In this document: in pieces, positions 1-11,237 of the stretch
How positions within the stretch are numbered: the stretch's first letter is position 1
Layout: every line of letters begins with the position of its first letter
Source of the DNA: Amphiscolops sp. MND2022
Taxonomy: Eukaryota
DNA length: 60,000 bases
Direction of reading: 5' to 3'
Assembly (NCBI GenBank): GCA_964187785.1
Contig: OZ076409.1
Location: 32,242,001 to 32,302,000 of the forward strand
Position numbers and translations under genes: made by a program
Notes under the pieces: generated by a model
Databases searched by the model: none
What the model saw: only the letters and a program-made list of their open reading frames with translations
Told to the model about the DNA's origin: nothing

Positions 1-203
1 ACTACGTTATAAAGATAAATTCGACAAAATCTGCCACGTGTTTTCAACGAAGTGGTTTTATGTACCAGTCAATCGACACAAAAGACACGAGATTATGTAA
101 TTTGGAATTATGTAACTGCACGCTTTTTGGCTAACAAACATGTTGTATGAATTGGCAAAACACATTGTTCAATTAGGTCTACACAACAAATATGGCAACG
201 TAA

Positions 204-3200
204 AACTTGTATTGAGCAAGGGCAATGAGAATGAATGGGGTTGGCAAAGGTCAATCAATTAAAGATAGCATTCAGCGTACCTCCAACGCAACAGTAAACC
301 TATCGTGAAGTCGCCCAACGCCAGATGGATATAAAACCCAACTATTCGAAGCAACCAAAGCTGCAAACACCAGCTATGTATAAGAAGGTGCCAGATGAAC
401 CCCAAGTCTTGACAGCCAGTCATAATGAAAGACGTCACTGTGACATATCTGGCCTTCCCTCATTGGACCCCTACGCTAAAGATCCTTCGACAACTGGAGA
501 ATATTATTCTGCGACCAGTGCTCAAATGCCCATTGACACGAGGACAACATCTGGAGATCCTGAATATCAAACCGCTGTATCCTCGAACCCCGAGATGAAA
601 CGCTCAGCACTATCCTACAAAAACGATCCACCATGGCCGTTGGTCTCTAGCACGCAAAGAAAAACTGTTTTGCAAGGAATCTGAACCCCACGACAACTGG
701 AGGAGTCACTAAAGATAATACTCCGAACGCAATACACAACCAAGCGTTAGCTGAAGCAATAACCACTGCGATGTCAAAAGGTCTGGAACCGTTGCTAGCC
801 ACAAAAGCCACCAAGAACAAACCGACCAAATACCGCAGTACACGAGATGGCATAGTGGACGGTTGACTCATGCTGATGAAGCGTTATCTAGAGAAAGCTC
901 ATGCTAAGGACACCCCACTAGATAGAGCATGGACCCTTGTGGAATTTCTAGAAAACGAAGCAAGGGACTACATCACGAATAAATCGGAGGCAGAAAGAGA
1001 TACAGACGAGAAAGTCTTCGCACTGCTAGCGAGAAGATTTGGAACGGGATCCAACAAGATTCAAATACAACAACAGTTCCGCACGCGTAACCAGTTCCAT
1101 GACGAAGATTACATGCAATACTTGGATGCATTGGAAGGCTTGCGTAGCCAAGGTTTTCCTAATGAGGAAGTTGCGGTGAGACGCTACGAAATCATGCAAA
1201 GATTTATTGAAGGGGTACGCAGTTTCGAGTTGAAGCGCAATCTCGCACTCATGTATGCGCAAGAGCAGTATGTGGATACACCCCCAACGGTGGAAGCCCT
1301 CCGATTCACAGTAAAACAGTACCTGCGCATGCGTGGTTTGGCCCGTCCGGAGACTTTTCCTGCACCTCTACAACAACAACAACAGTCTGCCTCAGCGAAT
1401 CAGCAAAACCTCATACAGGCACCAGCTGCTCAAGCGCCGTCCAACGCCCAACAAATCCCACAACAACCCGCGGCCTTCAGACAACAACCGCAGCGAACTT
1501 GTATTGAGCAAGGGCAATGAGAATAAATGGGGTTGGCAAAGGTCAATCAATTAAAGATAGCATTCAGCGTACCTCCAACGCAACAGTAAACCTATCGTGA
1601 AGTCGCCCAACGCCAGATGGATATAAAACCCAACTATTCGAAGCAACCAAAGCTGCAAACACCAGCTATGTATAAGAAGGTGCCAGATGAACCCCAAGTC
1701 TTGACAGCCAGTCATAATGAAATACGTCACTGTGACATATCTGGCCTTCCCTCATTGGACCCCTACGCTAAAGGTCCTTCGACAACTGGAGAATATTATT
1801 CTGCGACCAGTGCTCAAATGTCCATTGACACGAGGACAACATCTGGAGATCCTGAATATCAAACCGCTGTATCCTCGAACCCCGAGATGAAACGCTCAGC
1901 ACTATACTACAATAACAATCCACCATGGTTGTTGGTCTCTAGCACGCAAAGAAAAACTGTTTCAAGAAGGAATCTGAACCCCACGACATCTGGAGAGTCT
2001 CTAAAGATGATACTCCGAACGCAATACACAACCAAGCGTTAGCCGAAGCAATAACCACTGCGATGTCAAAAGGTCTGGAACCGTTGCTAGCCACAAAAGC
2101 CACCAAGAACAAACCAACCAAATACCGCGGTACACGAGATGGCATAGTGGACGGTTGGCTCATGCTGATGAAGCGTTATCTAGAGAAAGCTCATGCTAAG
2201 GACACCCCACTAGATAGAGCATGGACCCTTGTGGAATTTCTAGAAAACGAAGCAAGGGACTACATCACGAATAAATCGGAGGCAGAAAGAGATACAGACG
2301 AGAAAGTCTTCGCACTGTTAGCGAGAAGATTTGGAACGGGATCCAACAAGATCCAAATACAACAACAAATCCGCGCGCGTAACCAGTTCCATGACGAAGA
2401 TTACATGCAATATATGGATGCATTGGAAGGCTTGCGTAGCCAAGGTTTTCCTAATGAGGAAGTTGCGGTGAGACGCTACGAAATCATGCAAAGATTTATT
2501 GAAGGAGTACGCAGTTTCGAGTTGAAGCGCAATCTCGCACTCATGTATGCGCAAGAGCAGTATGTGGATACACCCCCAACGGTGGAAGCCCTCCGATTCA
2601 CAGTACAACAGTACCTGCGCATGCGTGGTTTGGCCCGTCCGGAGACTTTTCTTGCACCTCTACAACAACAACAACAGTCTGCCTCAGCGAATCAGCAAAA
2701 CCTCATACAGGCACCAGCTGCTCAAGCGCCGTCCAACGCCCAACAAATCCCACAACAACCCGCGGCCTTCAGACAACAACCGCAGCGAACTTGTATTGAG
2801 CAAGGGCAATGAGAATAAATGGGGTTGGCAAAAGTCAATCAATTAAAGATAGCATTCAGCGTACCTCCAACGCAACAGTAAACCTATCGTGAAGTCGCCC
2901 AACGCCAGATGGATATAAAACCCAACTATTCGAAGCAACCAAAGCTGCAAACACCAGCTATGTATAAGAAGGTGCCAGATGAACCCCAAGTCTTGACAGC
3001 CAGTCATAATGAAATACGTCACTGTGACATATCTGGCCTTCCCTCATTGGACCCCTACGCTAAAGGTCCTTCGACAACTGGAGAATATTATTCTGCGACC
3101 AGTGCTCAAATGCCCATTGACACGAGGACAACATCTGGAGATCCTGAATATCAAACCGCTGTATCCTCGAACCCCGAGATGAAACGCTCAGCACTATCCT

Positions 3201-4091
3201 ACAATAACGATCCACCATGGCCGTTGGTCTCTAGCACGCAAAGAAAAACTGTTTTAAGAAGGAATCTGAACCCCACGACATCTGGAGAGTCTCTAAAGAT
3301 GATACTCCGAACGCAATACATAACCAAGCGTTAGCCGAAGCAATAACCACTGCGATGTCAAAAGGTCTGGAACCGTTGCTAGCCATAAAAGCCACCAAGA
3401 ACAAACCAAGCAAATACCGCGGTACACGAGATGGCATAGTGGACGGTTGGCTCATGCTGATGAAGCGTTATCTAGAGAAAGCTCATGCTAAGGACACCCC
3501 ACTAGATAGAGCATGGACCCTTGTGGAATTTCTAGAAAACGAAGCAAGGAACTACATCACGAATAAATCGGAGGCAGAAAGAGATACAGACCAGAAAGTC
3601 TTCGCACTGCTAGCGAGAAGATTTGGAACGGGATCCAACAAGATCCAAATACAACAACAGTTCCGCACGCGTAACCAGTTCCATGACGAAGATTACATGC
3701 AATACTTGGATGCATTGGAAGGCTTGCGTAGCCAAGGTTTTCCCAGTGATGAAGTTGCGGTGAGACGCTACGCTACGAAATCATGCAAAGATTTATTGAA
3801 GGAGTACGCAGTTTCGAGTTGAAGCGCAATCTCGCACTCATGTATGCGCAAGAGCAGTATGTGGATACACCCCCAACGGTGGAAGCCCTCCGATTCACAG
3901 TACAACAGTACCTGCGCATGCGTGGTTTGGCACGCACGGAGACTTTTCCTGCACCTCTACAACAACTACTACAACAGTCTGCCTCAGCGAATCAGCAAAA
4001 CCTCATACAGGCACCAGCTGCTCAAGCGCCGTCCAACGCCCAACAAATCCCACAACAACCCGCGGCCTTCAGGCAACAACCGCAGCGAACT
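204..4091 (+). repeat. Tandem triplication, 1292-bp unit (about 60 bp flank plus gag fragment)
   Basis: AACTTGTATTGAGCAAGGGCAATG starts at 204, 1496 and 2788. Near-identical ORFs recur at 325/1617/2909. Confidence 0.97.
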
Positions 4092-4330
4092 GTGGAGACC
4101 CCTCGCACTTCGTGGCTGATTGTCCCATGAAGGACCGAGCACGGAAACCCGTACAGCAAGTAGTCAACTCCTGTCGAACGAACATGACTGGCGAATGGGT
4201 GTGCCCATCGAACCCACGTGGTATGAATGACAATATGACGCCCGCAGCCTTACCAGAACACGGAACAACACCATTTTGTATTAATTGCGGCCGCGCGGGT
4301 CATGTGGCATCTGACTGTATGGTGTCTGAA
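268..4330 (+). pseudogene. gag: gag (capsid-like region x3, two CCHC zinc knuckles), disrupted
   Basis: Retrotransposon-gag-like WLMLMKRYL...RNQ.HDEDYMQY...L...GFP. Knuckles CGDPSHFVADC (first Cys lost) and CINCGRAGHVASDC. Stops and frameshifts present. Confidence 0.9.
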
Positions 4331-4399
4331 AACGCAGTAACAGAAGAACAAGTACAAGCGGCGTGGTACGCCCCCGTCACGAGTTCAGCAGACTTTGCA

Positions 4400-7300
4400 A
4401 ACACTGAAGATCAAATACGGGTGATATCAACATCCGAAGAAGGAGGCCCCTCACGTTCGGTGGTAGTGACCTGTGGTGAAAAACAAATTCTCACCACGCT
4501 CGAAGCCCCAGCACCCAATTGCACCGAAACACTTATATCTATCCACTTGCTATTATCCACCGAACAGAAAGCACGCCCCGAACTCCGATTGGCTCAATTG
4601 AAGGAGGAACTGTGTCGCAACACAAACCTCACAATAGCTTCGAGACCTTGCCACCTTTCACCAGAAGTGACGAGACCAAGCTAGCCCAAGTACAAAAGGT
4701 CAAGACAATCGCGCCAGTCCCCATAGCAATCACGATTGACGGAGTGGACATGAGATTTGATGAGATTGTGGTCCTGGAAGGACATTTTTCTCAAGGCCTA
4801 TTATTGGGCAGGCAAGAACTGCGCTGTTACAACATTGGAGTGCAGGATGCACAAGGAGAAGCACAGATTGATGAGCGAGCTTCGCTAGTCGTTGCATTCG
4901 GCACTCCTCTGCCAAAACCGATACCACTTTTCGGCATGATAGACATTGGTTCGGGAGTCTCCATTCTTTCACTGAGCGCATACAAGAAGATCGCACCGCA
5001 ACATGAGCTGATTCTATCACCATACGAAATTGAACTATTCGCTGCTAATGGCAAGAGTATCACCACCGTTGGCATCGCAGAAGATGTGAACTTTCAGCTC
5101 GGCGGTTATACTCTGAAAACCAACTTTGTAGTCAAAGCTGATCACATTGGATCAGAGTACTTTCTCCTAGGTAGAAATTTCCTGCGCATATACAACGGGT
5201 TGGTAGTGGATCTCACGGCAATGAAGGTGACAATTCGTGACCCCAAAACGCCTAGAACGTTTAAAGCCGTCCATGAGGTTAGTGACAAGGAGCCATCGTT
5301 TGTCGTTTCCACCGAGGAAGTAGTCCTAGGGCCTTTCGAAAGAAAAGTGGTACGTGCGAAAATCATAACACAACAACCGGATGAGTTTCACTTCCGTAAT
5401 GTAATGGTCCATTCATGTAGCATGAAATCCTGTTCAGTCTTTCTTTCAGAAGATACACTAACTTCCGTGGGGGAAGAGGGCATTGTATTCATAGCCCTGC
5501 AAAATCAAACTGATAACGAACGGGTAAGAATCAAAGAACAAACTGTAATTGGAAAAGCAATGCTCACTACTTTTGTTTTGAATCACGTTCTTATGCAAAG
5601 TGTCTGTGAAGCTTCGAAGCTTACAAAGGAATTTGTAAATCGAATACATAAAGATATTGATTTGGACACTAGTTCAGAATACAGTTCCTTCGCCCAAAAC
5701 TTCTTGTCTTCAACGGAACCGTCTGAGGTAGGCTTGTCAGAAAATGAAAAGAGAAAAGGTACAGATCCTGAGTTGCTAAAAGCAATCCCAGGCCCTGACC
5801 TTCCCTCCCTCCTTTCTTCATGGGGGGAAGAGGCGAGAGACAAATTAAAAGTTATTTTAACTGAGTACGAAGATCTATTTATGAAAAACAAGTCTGACAT
5901 AGGCAGGTGTAAAATAGCAAAGCATAGAATAGAGTTAGAGCCGGAGGCTATACCACACCGGGAAGAAGCTAGACGAATGTTTCCTTATAAGGCGGCAAAA
6001 GCCAATCAGGAAGTGCAGAACTTGCTGGCTCTTGGTCTGATTCAACCCTCCTACTCTCCGTGGGCCAGTGGCATAGTCATGGTAAAAAAGAAATCAGGCG
6101 AGCTTCGCTTCTGCTGTGACTTCCGCGCGCTAATTGATGTAACTGTAAAGATGCGTTCCCACTGCCCAGGATAGATGAGAGCCTCTCGAGGATTGGAAAT
6201 GCAAAGATTTTTACCAGCATTGATTTGGCGTGGGCCTTTGGCAGATTCCATTGAAAAAGTGTGACCGCAGAAAGACTGCATTCGCGTGTGAGCTTGGCGT
6301 ATTCGAATGGCGACGAATGCCCTTTGGGTTGTGCAATGCAACGGCCACCTTTCAACGACCAATCACAAGAGCTCTTCAAAAGATCCAACAACGACATGGA
6401 AGTGTTGTCATGGCATACATCGACGACATAGTTATAGCAACCGAAACTATTGAAGATCATTTGGAAAGAATCAGAGAAGTGTTTGAATGTCTCAGAGAGG
6501 CCGGCTTCAAGATGCGAGCTGAGAAATGCGACTTTATGCGCACCGAAACTAAATACCTCGGAAGAGCAGTTTCCTCCGAAGGCATAAAGCCAGACCCGGC
6601 TGCTGTAAGCAAAATCCAAGAGTGGATGCCGCCGAGAAATAGAGAAGAGCTGCAAAGCTTCCTTGGATTTGCGAACTACCACCGAGGCTTCATTCCTTTC
6701 CATGCCGCCAAGGTACAGCCTATGCAGGAACTGTTAAGGGAGAATCAACACTTCTACTGGAACGAGAAGCACCAGGAAGCGTTCGATTTAGTGAAACAAG
6801 CACTAGCTGACGCCAGAGCTTTGGCAGCGCCAAAGGATGAAGGACGTTTCGTTTTGAATAAAGACCCCAGCGCGGTCGCTATAGCCGGCATACTGCACCA
6901 AGATTAAGATTATCAGGGAAAGACCATTCTTCGTCCCATCGTTTTTGGTAGCAAATCACTGACTCGAACACAATTGAATTATGGCGACCCAAACCTAGAG
7001 ATGTATGCTGTTTTCTATTTTATTGAGAAATTCCATTCCTACCTTGCGGGTCGGGAATTCACGCAGCGCGTGGATAACCAGGCTTTCTCGTGGCTGAAAA
7101 CATACTCGATGAATCAGGCCATGATTGGACGCTGGATTGCGCGCGTAGACCAATACCACTTCAAAACGATCCACAGGCCACGCACGCAACACAGAAATGC
7201 AGATGGTCTCAGCAAGAGGACCAACGACTACGTGCATCGGGAGAAGATTGTAGAAAAACTACCGGAAGTGAGCAAGGGATTTAGTTTCCCTGTGCCATAT

Positions 7301-8978
7301 ATTGACAAACATGGAAAATTCATTCCCAACTACCCGGAACTTCCGCCCGAAGCCCGAGCACAACTCCCTGTGCTCTACATTTTGAAGAAGAGACCGAAGG
7401 AGGATTCAACCTCAGATCCAAACCTGAAGTCCATACCGTGGTACCCACAGGTACAGTGGGAATCAACCCCGACTTCAACTGAAGACGACAGGCCGAATTT
7501 TATCCCTTTTCTTGAACCAGAATGATATCTTGTGCGTCAATTACATTCAGCAGCAACGTGCGATGCACGTAAGACCCTGTTTGATCGTCATGCCCCAATT
7601 GTACCAACACGAGATCTTATACCGAGCGCAAGATGAATCAGGACACCAAGATGTTGGCAAAGTGCTGGCAAGGATCCAGGAGCGCCACACTTGGCCAGGC
7701 ATCAAGCGTGATGTCGTCAATCACATTAAGCACTGCTTAACGTGTCAACAGACAAAACACCCCGCTGGAAATCTTTGCTACCCCCGGCAAAGTATCAACA
7801 GCAGCAATTTCAACAATCTAGTGCAGTTTGACCACTTGAAACTGTGCAAAACAACGTCAGGAAACAATGGACTGCTAGTCATTATCGACCATTTCACTAA
7901 GTTTGCAGAATTAATCCGATGTGCACATGATGAGTACGACGCCCAGATAACTGCGAACATCCTTTCAAATAAATGGTTTGCAAGACATTGCACCCTCGCC
8001 AGGATGCAGTCAGACAACGCTACCAACTTCACCGTCGAAATTGCACAGGAACTGATGAACGCCTCGCAAGTGATCAAAGTGACATCGACTCCAGCACACC
8101 CGAGAGGCAATGGCCTGGTGGAACGACAAAACAGAACATTGCTCACGCTGCTCCGAGTCTACACTTCTCGCAGAATGCTCGACTGGGATGAGCACATAGA
8201 CGGAGTCCTGGGTGCCTACAATTCAACCAGGCATGCTACAACTGGGTTCTCTCCGTACATGCTCCAACATGGCGCGGAAAAATCCATTCCGCTCTCGTTC
8301 ATATATCCCGAGTTCGCACCGCGAGAATTCGAGTCTAAGGAAGAATTTGTAGAACACCTACTCGCCAGACAACAGGAAATCCACGAGATTGTTCGCAGAA
8401 ACAGACACCAGGCGCAAGTACGACAGAAACAGAAGTTTGATCGACACTTGAAAGCAAAAGCACACGCCGTAGGCGACGCCGTTTGGGTTTTCTGCCACAT
8501 AATTCTCAAGGGTGGTACCCGCAAGCTTCTCGGCGCCTGGCGCGGGCCTCACAAGGTCACAGACGTGCTACAAGATGGACGACTATACGTATTGGATACA
8601 AGCCAAAAAGTCCATTTTGAGCGATTGAAGAAGCACGTGCCTGCACCCTGGGATTGGGCAACACACCAACCATTTGGACCAGACCAGAACATCGCCATAA
8701 TTGCAGACCCATACGCAGAAGAAAGCAATGAGGAAATTACGTCGGACATATCGCGTGACTCATTCCTTCCAGAAAAACTGCCAGAGGCATCATTCGAAAT
8801 GGAACCAACCGCACCTATTCCGCCCCGCACATTTCAAACCCTCACTCAATCCGCTTTGCAACAAGGAATCTTACGCAGGCGATTTAGCCACTTCGGATAT
8901 CCATCCGAGTCGGAATCTGAACAAGAACCAATAGCACTACCTCCTGCAGAAACACAGCAACCAGTGGGTTTTCCCTGA
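4400..8978 (+). pseudogene. pol: pol: protease, reverse transcriptase, RNase H, integrase (frameshifted)
   Basis: PR MIDIGSG..LGRNFL. RT SPWAS, MPFGL.NA, YIDD. RNase H LEMYA, RVDNQA, NADGLS. IN GH..CLTC, QFDH, QSDN, NGLVER. Confidence 0.95.
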
Positions 8979-8997
8979 CATTGACGACCTAGAACCC

Positions 8998-10963
8998 TTG
9001 TTCTCGGATCAGGAAGAAGTCTTGCCCGAACCACCACAGAGCCTAATACCCTCACCATCAGAAACGTCGGCACCACTACTGTCGAACCCAGCCCTAACCG
9101 ACACTTTGGGTAACTTTCCACTATACAGTTCTCAAAATGGTAGCTCGGTAAGATTAGAACCCGTAGAGGAAGCCGAAACCCCAGAAGGAAATAACAGAAA
9201 AAATCAAGAATCTGACCGAAACATAGAAGTCTTACCCACACCCGGGAGAACTGCAAGCAGGAGGGGCAGACCAAGAGGTAGACCTCTAGGTCGTAGAAGA
9301 GGAAGCACCACTTCATCAAGCAGAGCACTCACACGACCGAACAGACCATACACTCGATCGGGAGGAAGAACAGAAACTAGGGCTCAATCACAAACTTTAG
9401 AACGCGCAATGACACTACCCAACATTGCGGAAAGTATATCACCAGAGAAGCTAGAAGCACAACCACCGACACCTTCAAAAGCCCCACCTGACCAACTACG
9501 ACGTAACAGGGCACCACGATACCGGTGCGGAACCTGTGGTTCCCGCAACTGTAGTTGCGTCAACTTAATCGAACGAAAGCCACCGGACGACCAATTGGCC
9601 CGGGGAGTGGACGCTCTCACCCCCACTTTAGTTGACACGGACACTTTTGAAGACCACGAACAACACACGATCTAGGCTGTACACACCGAAAACCAGGATG
9701 ATCCACAAGTACACCATATTCTCATAACAAAAGAAAAAACATACTCGAGCATTGAACCAGGTGTGGTCCCACCATTGGAAACCACATTGAAGGCTATGCA
9801 CGATACGTCACCTTCGGAATGTCCTGCCTATCGATTCAAAGAGTGAACGCGGCACGACAAGAGTGGGTTGGAATTTACCTTAACCGCTATAATTCCTCCA
9901 CTCCCACCATCGATGGTATTCGGAGAAATTGGACCAGAAGACACGAACATAGCAATGGTACCTTGTATCTCCGCGCAGAAGCTATAGCAACAATTTGGCG
10001 TGACCTCCCCCCAGGAGATGTGTATCACCCATCAACTGGCTGCTGGCTACTAGTCACCTCCTTGGGTGAAGTAGCACCAGTGACTCCAGGAATTCTGCTA
10101 ATTTGCCTAGAAAACTTACGTACCCTAGTGGTGTTTGAGGACAAACTCTGTTTACATCTAGCAGACATCTACCGCGGAAAAGTTCTTAGTCAACATTGGT
10201 TACAGCTACTAGCTATCATCTTCTGTCGCCAAGCCAAAATACGTTTAATAGACAAGTACATGTATACATTCGAGAACCCAACAACCGTGCTTGAAGCACT
10301 CTCCATGGTTCACAATTGGTCTTGCACAAACTTGGGAGACCGTCCCTTACGCAGAACAGTATAGCAAGACCGCAAAGCCATTCTGGATCATCTCGCACCA
10401 ATTCAAGACAATCAAAGCACACTTACAGGGAAATTGTTAACAACGCACCCGAAAGTCACGCCCAATTACTTACCCTAGATAACCTACTCTGAGACTGATA
10501 TACTGAAAGCACGCCGTACCGTGGTAATATGCTGTCCGGCTGACTTGCTCTCCTATTCGGAAATGGCACGTTATGTCATCAGAGAATATGGTCAAAAGAA
10601 GATTTTCAAACTACGACCTGCCGTAGGGAAGGCCATACACCTCGCTAAGTCACCCGACGCGCCATGGAACAACAGCATGTTTCTACTATTTACAAGAACC
10701 TCCAACAAACATCCCATATTGCATGATGTACTACATCTGTGCCTAATAGATCTGGCGCAGAAGCTCACGCAAGCCCAAATCACCCGAATTCACCTTCCCA
10801 TCTATGATCCTGAAAGGTCAATCAACATACTCCCAACTTGGTATTCAATGTTGCGAGATCATTTCTTTGATTCAAAATCGACATAGTGCTCCACGACAGG
10901 GTGTATGTATCGATTGCATCCGTCAAAATGCACCCTACCCGAGCAAAGCAGAAATTAGTTTGA
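8998..10963 (+). pseudogene. Post-integrase Pol extension: AT-hook, CxxCx4CxC, tandem macrodomain-like repeats
   Basis: RRGRPRGRP and CGTCGSRNCSC, then VICCPADL..P.VG..FLLFTR..L..CL..RIHLP..W..F..IVLH. Conserved in B and C. Confidence 0.7.
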
Positions 10964-11126
10964 GTCCTTGTAGCTATTAGCAATAGTCATTGGATGGAGT
11001 ATTCCTCTTTTTAAGCGTTCGTGTAACAACCGCTCAAATTTTATTACCGCCGACTGTTTAATCAATCCCGCTAAATTCTTTTAACTATACTTCGTTTGAG
11101 TTCACGTAACACTATTTTAGCCTAAG

Positions 11127-11150
11127 ACTGACGCTTGTTGTTTCTTTCAG
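11127..11150 (+). promoter_or_regulatory. Putative splice acceptor for ORF3 of A
   Basis: ACTGAC branch-like motif plus TTGTTGTTTCTTTCAG, upstream of the ORF3 ATG. Confidence 0.5.
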
Positions 11151-11237
11151 TTCAGTGTTGTTCACGCACTTGCACCTGCCACCACCAGCATTGCTGTCAC
11201 TCATTTGCAGTTTGTAAACGATCATATTCCAATAAAG

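Noticed and set aside
201..205. TAAAA at 201 and after the LTR at 16611 as the TSD of A
   Set aside because: A has no 5' LTR, so the left site is not an integration end. Low-complexity coincidence.
5280..5580. dUTPase after the protease
   Set aside because: Only a faint resemblance to the degenerate dUTPase-like spacer common in Gypsy Pol, and no catalytic motifs are recognisable
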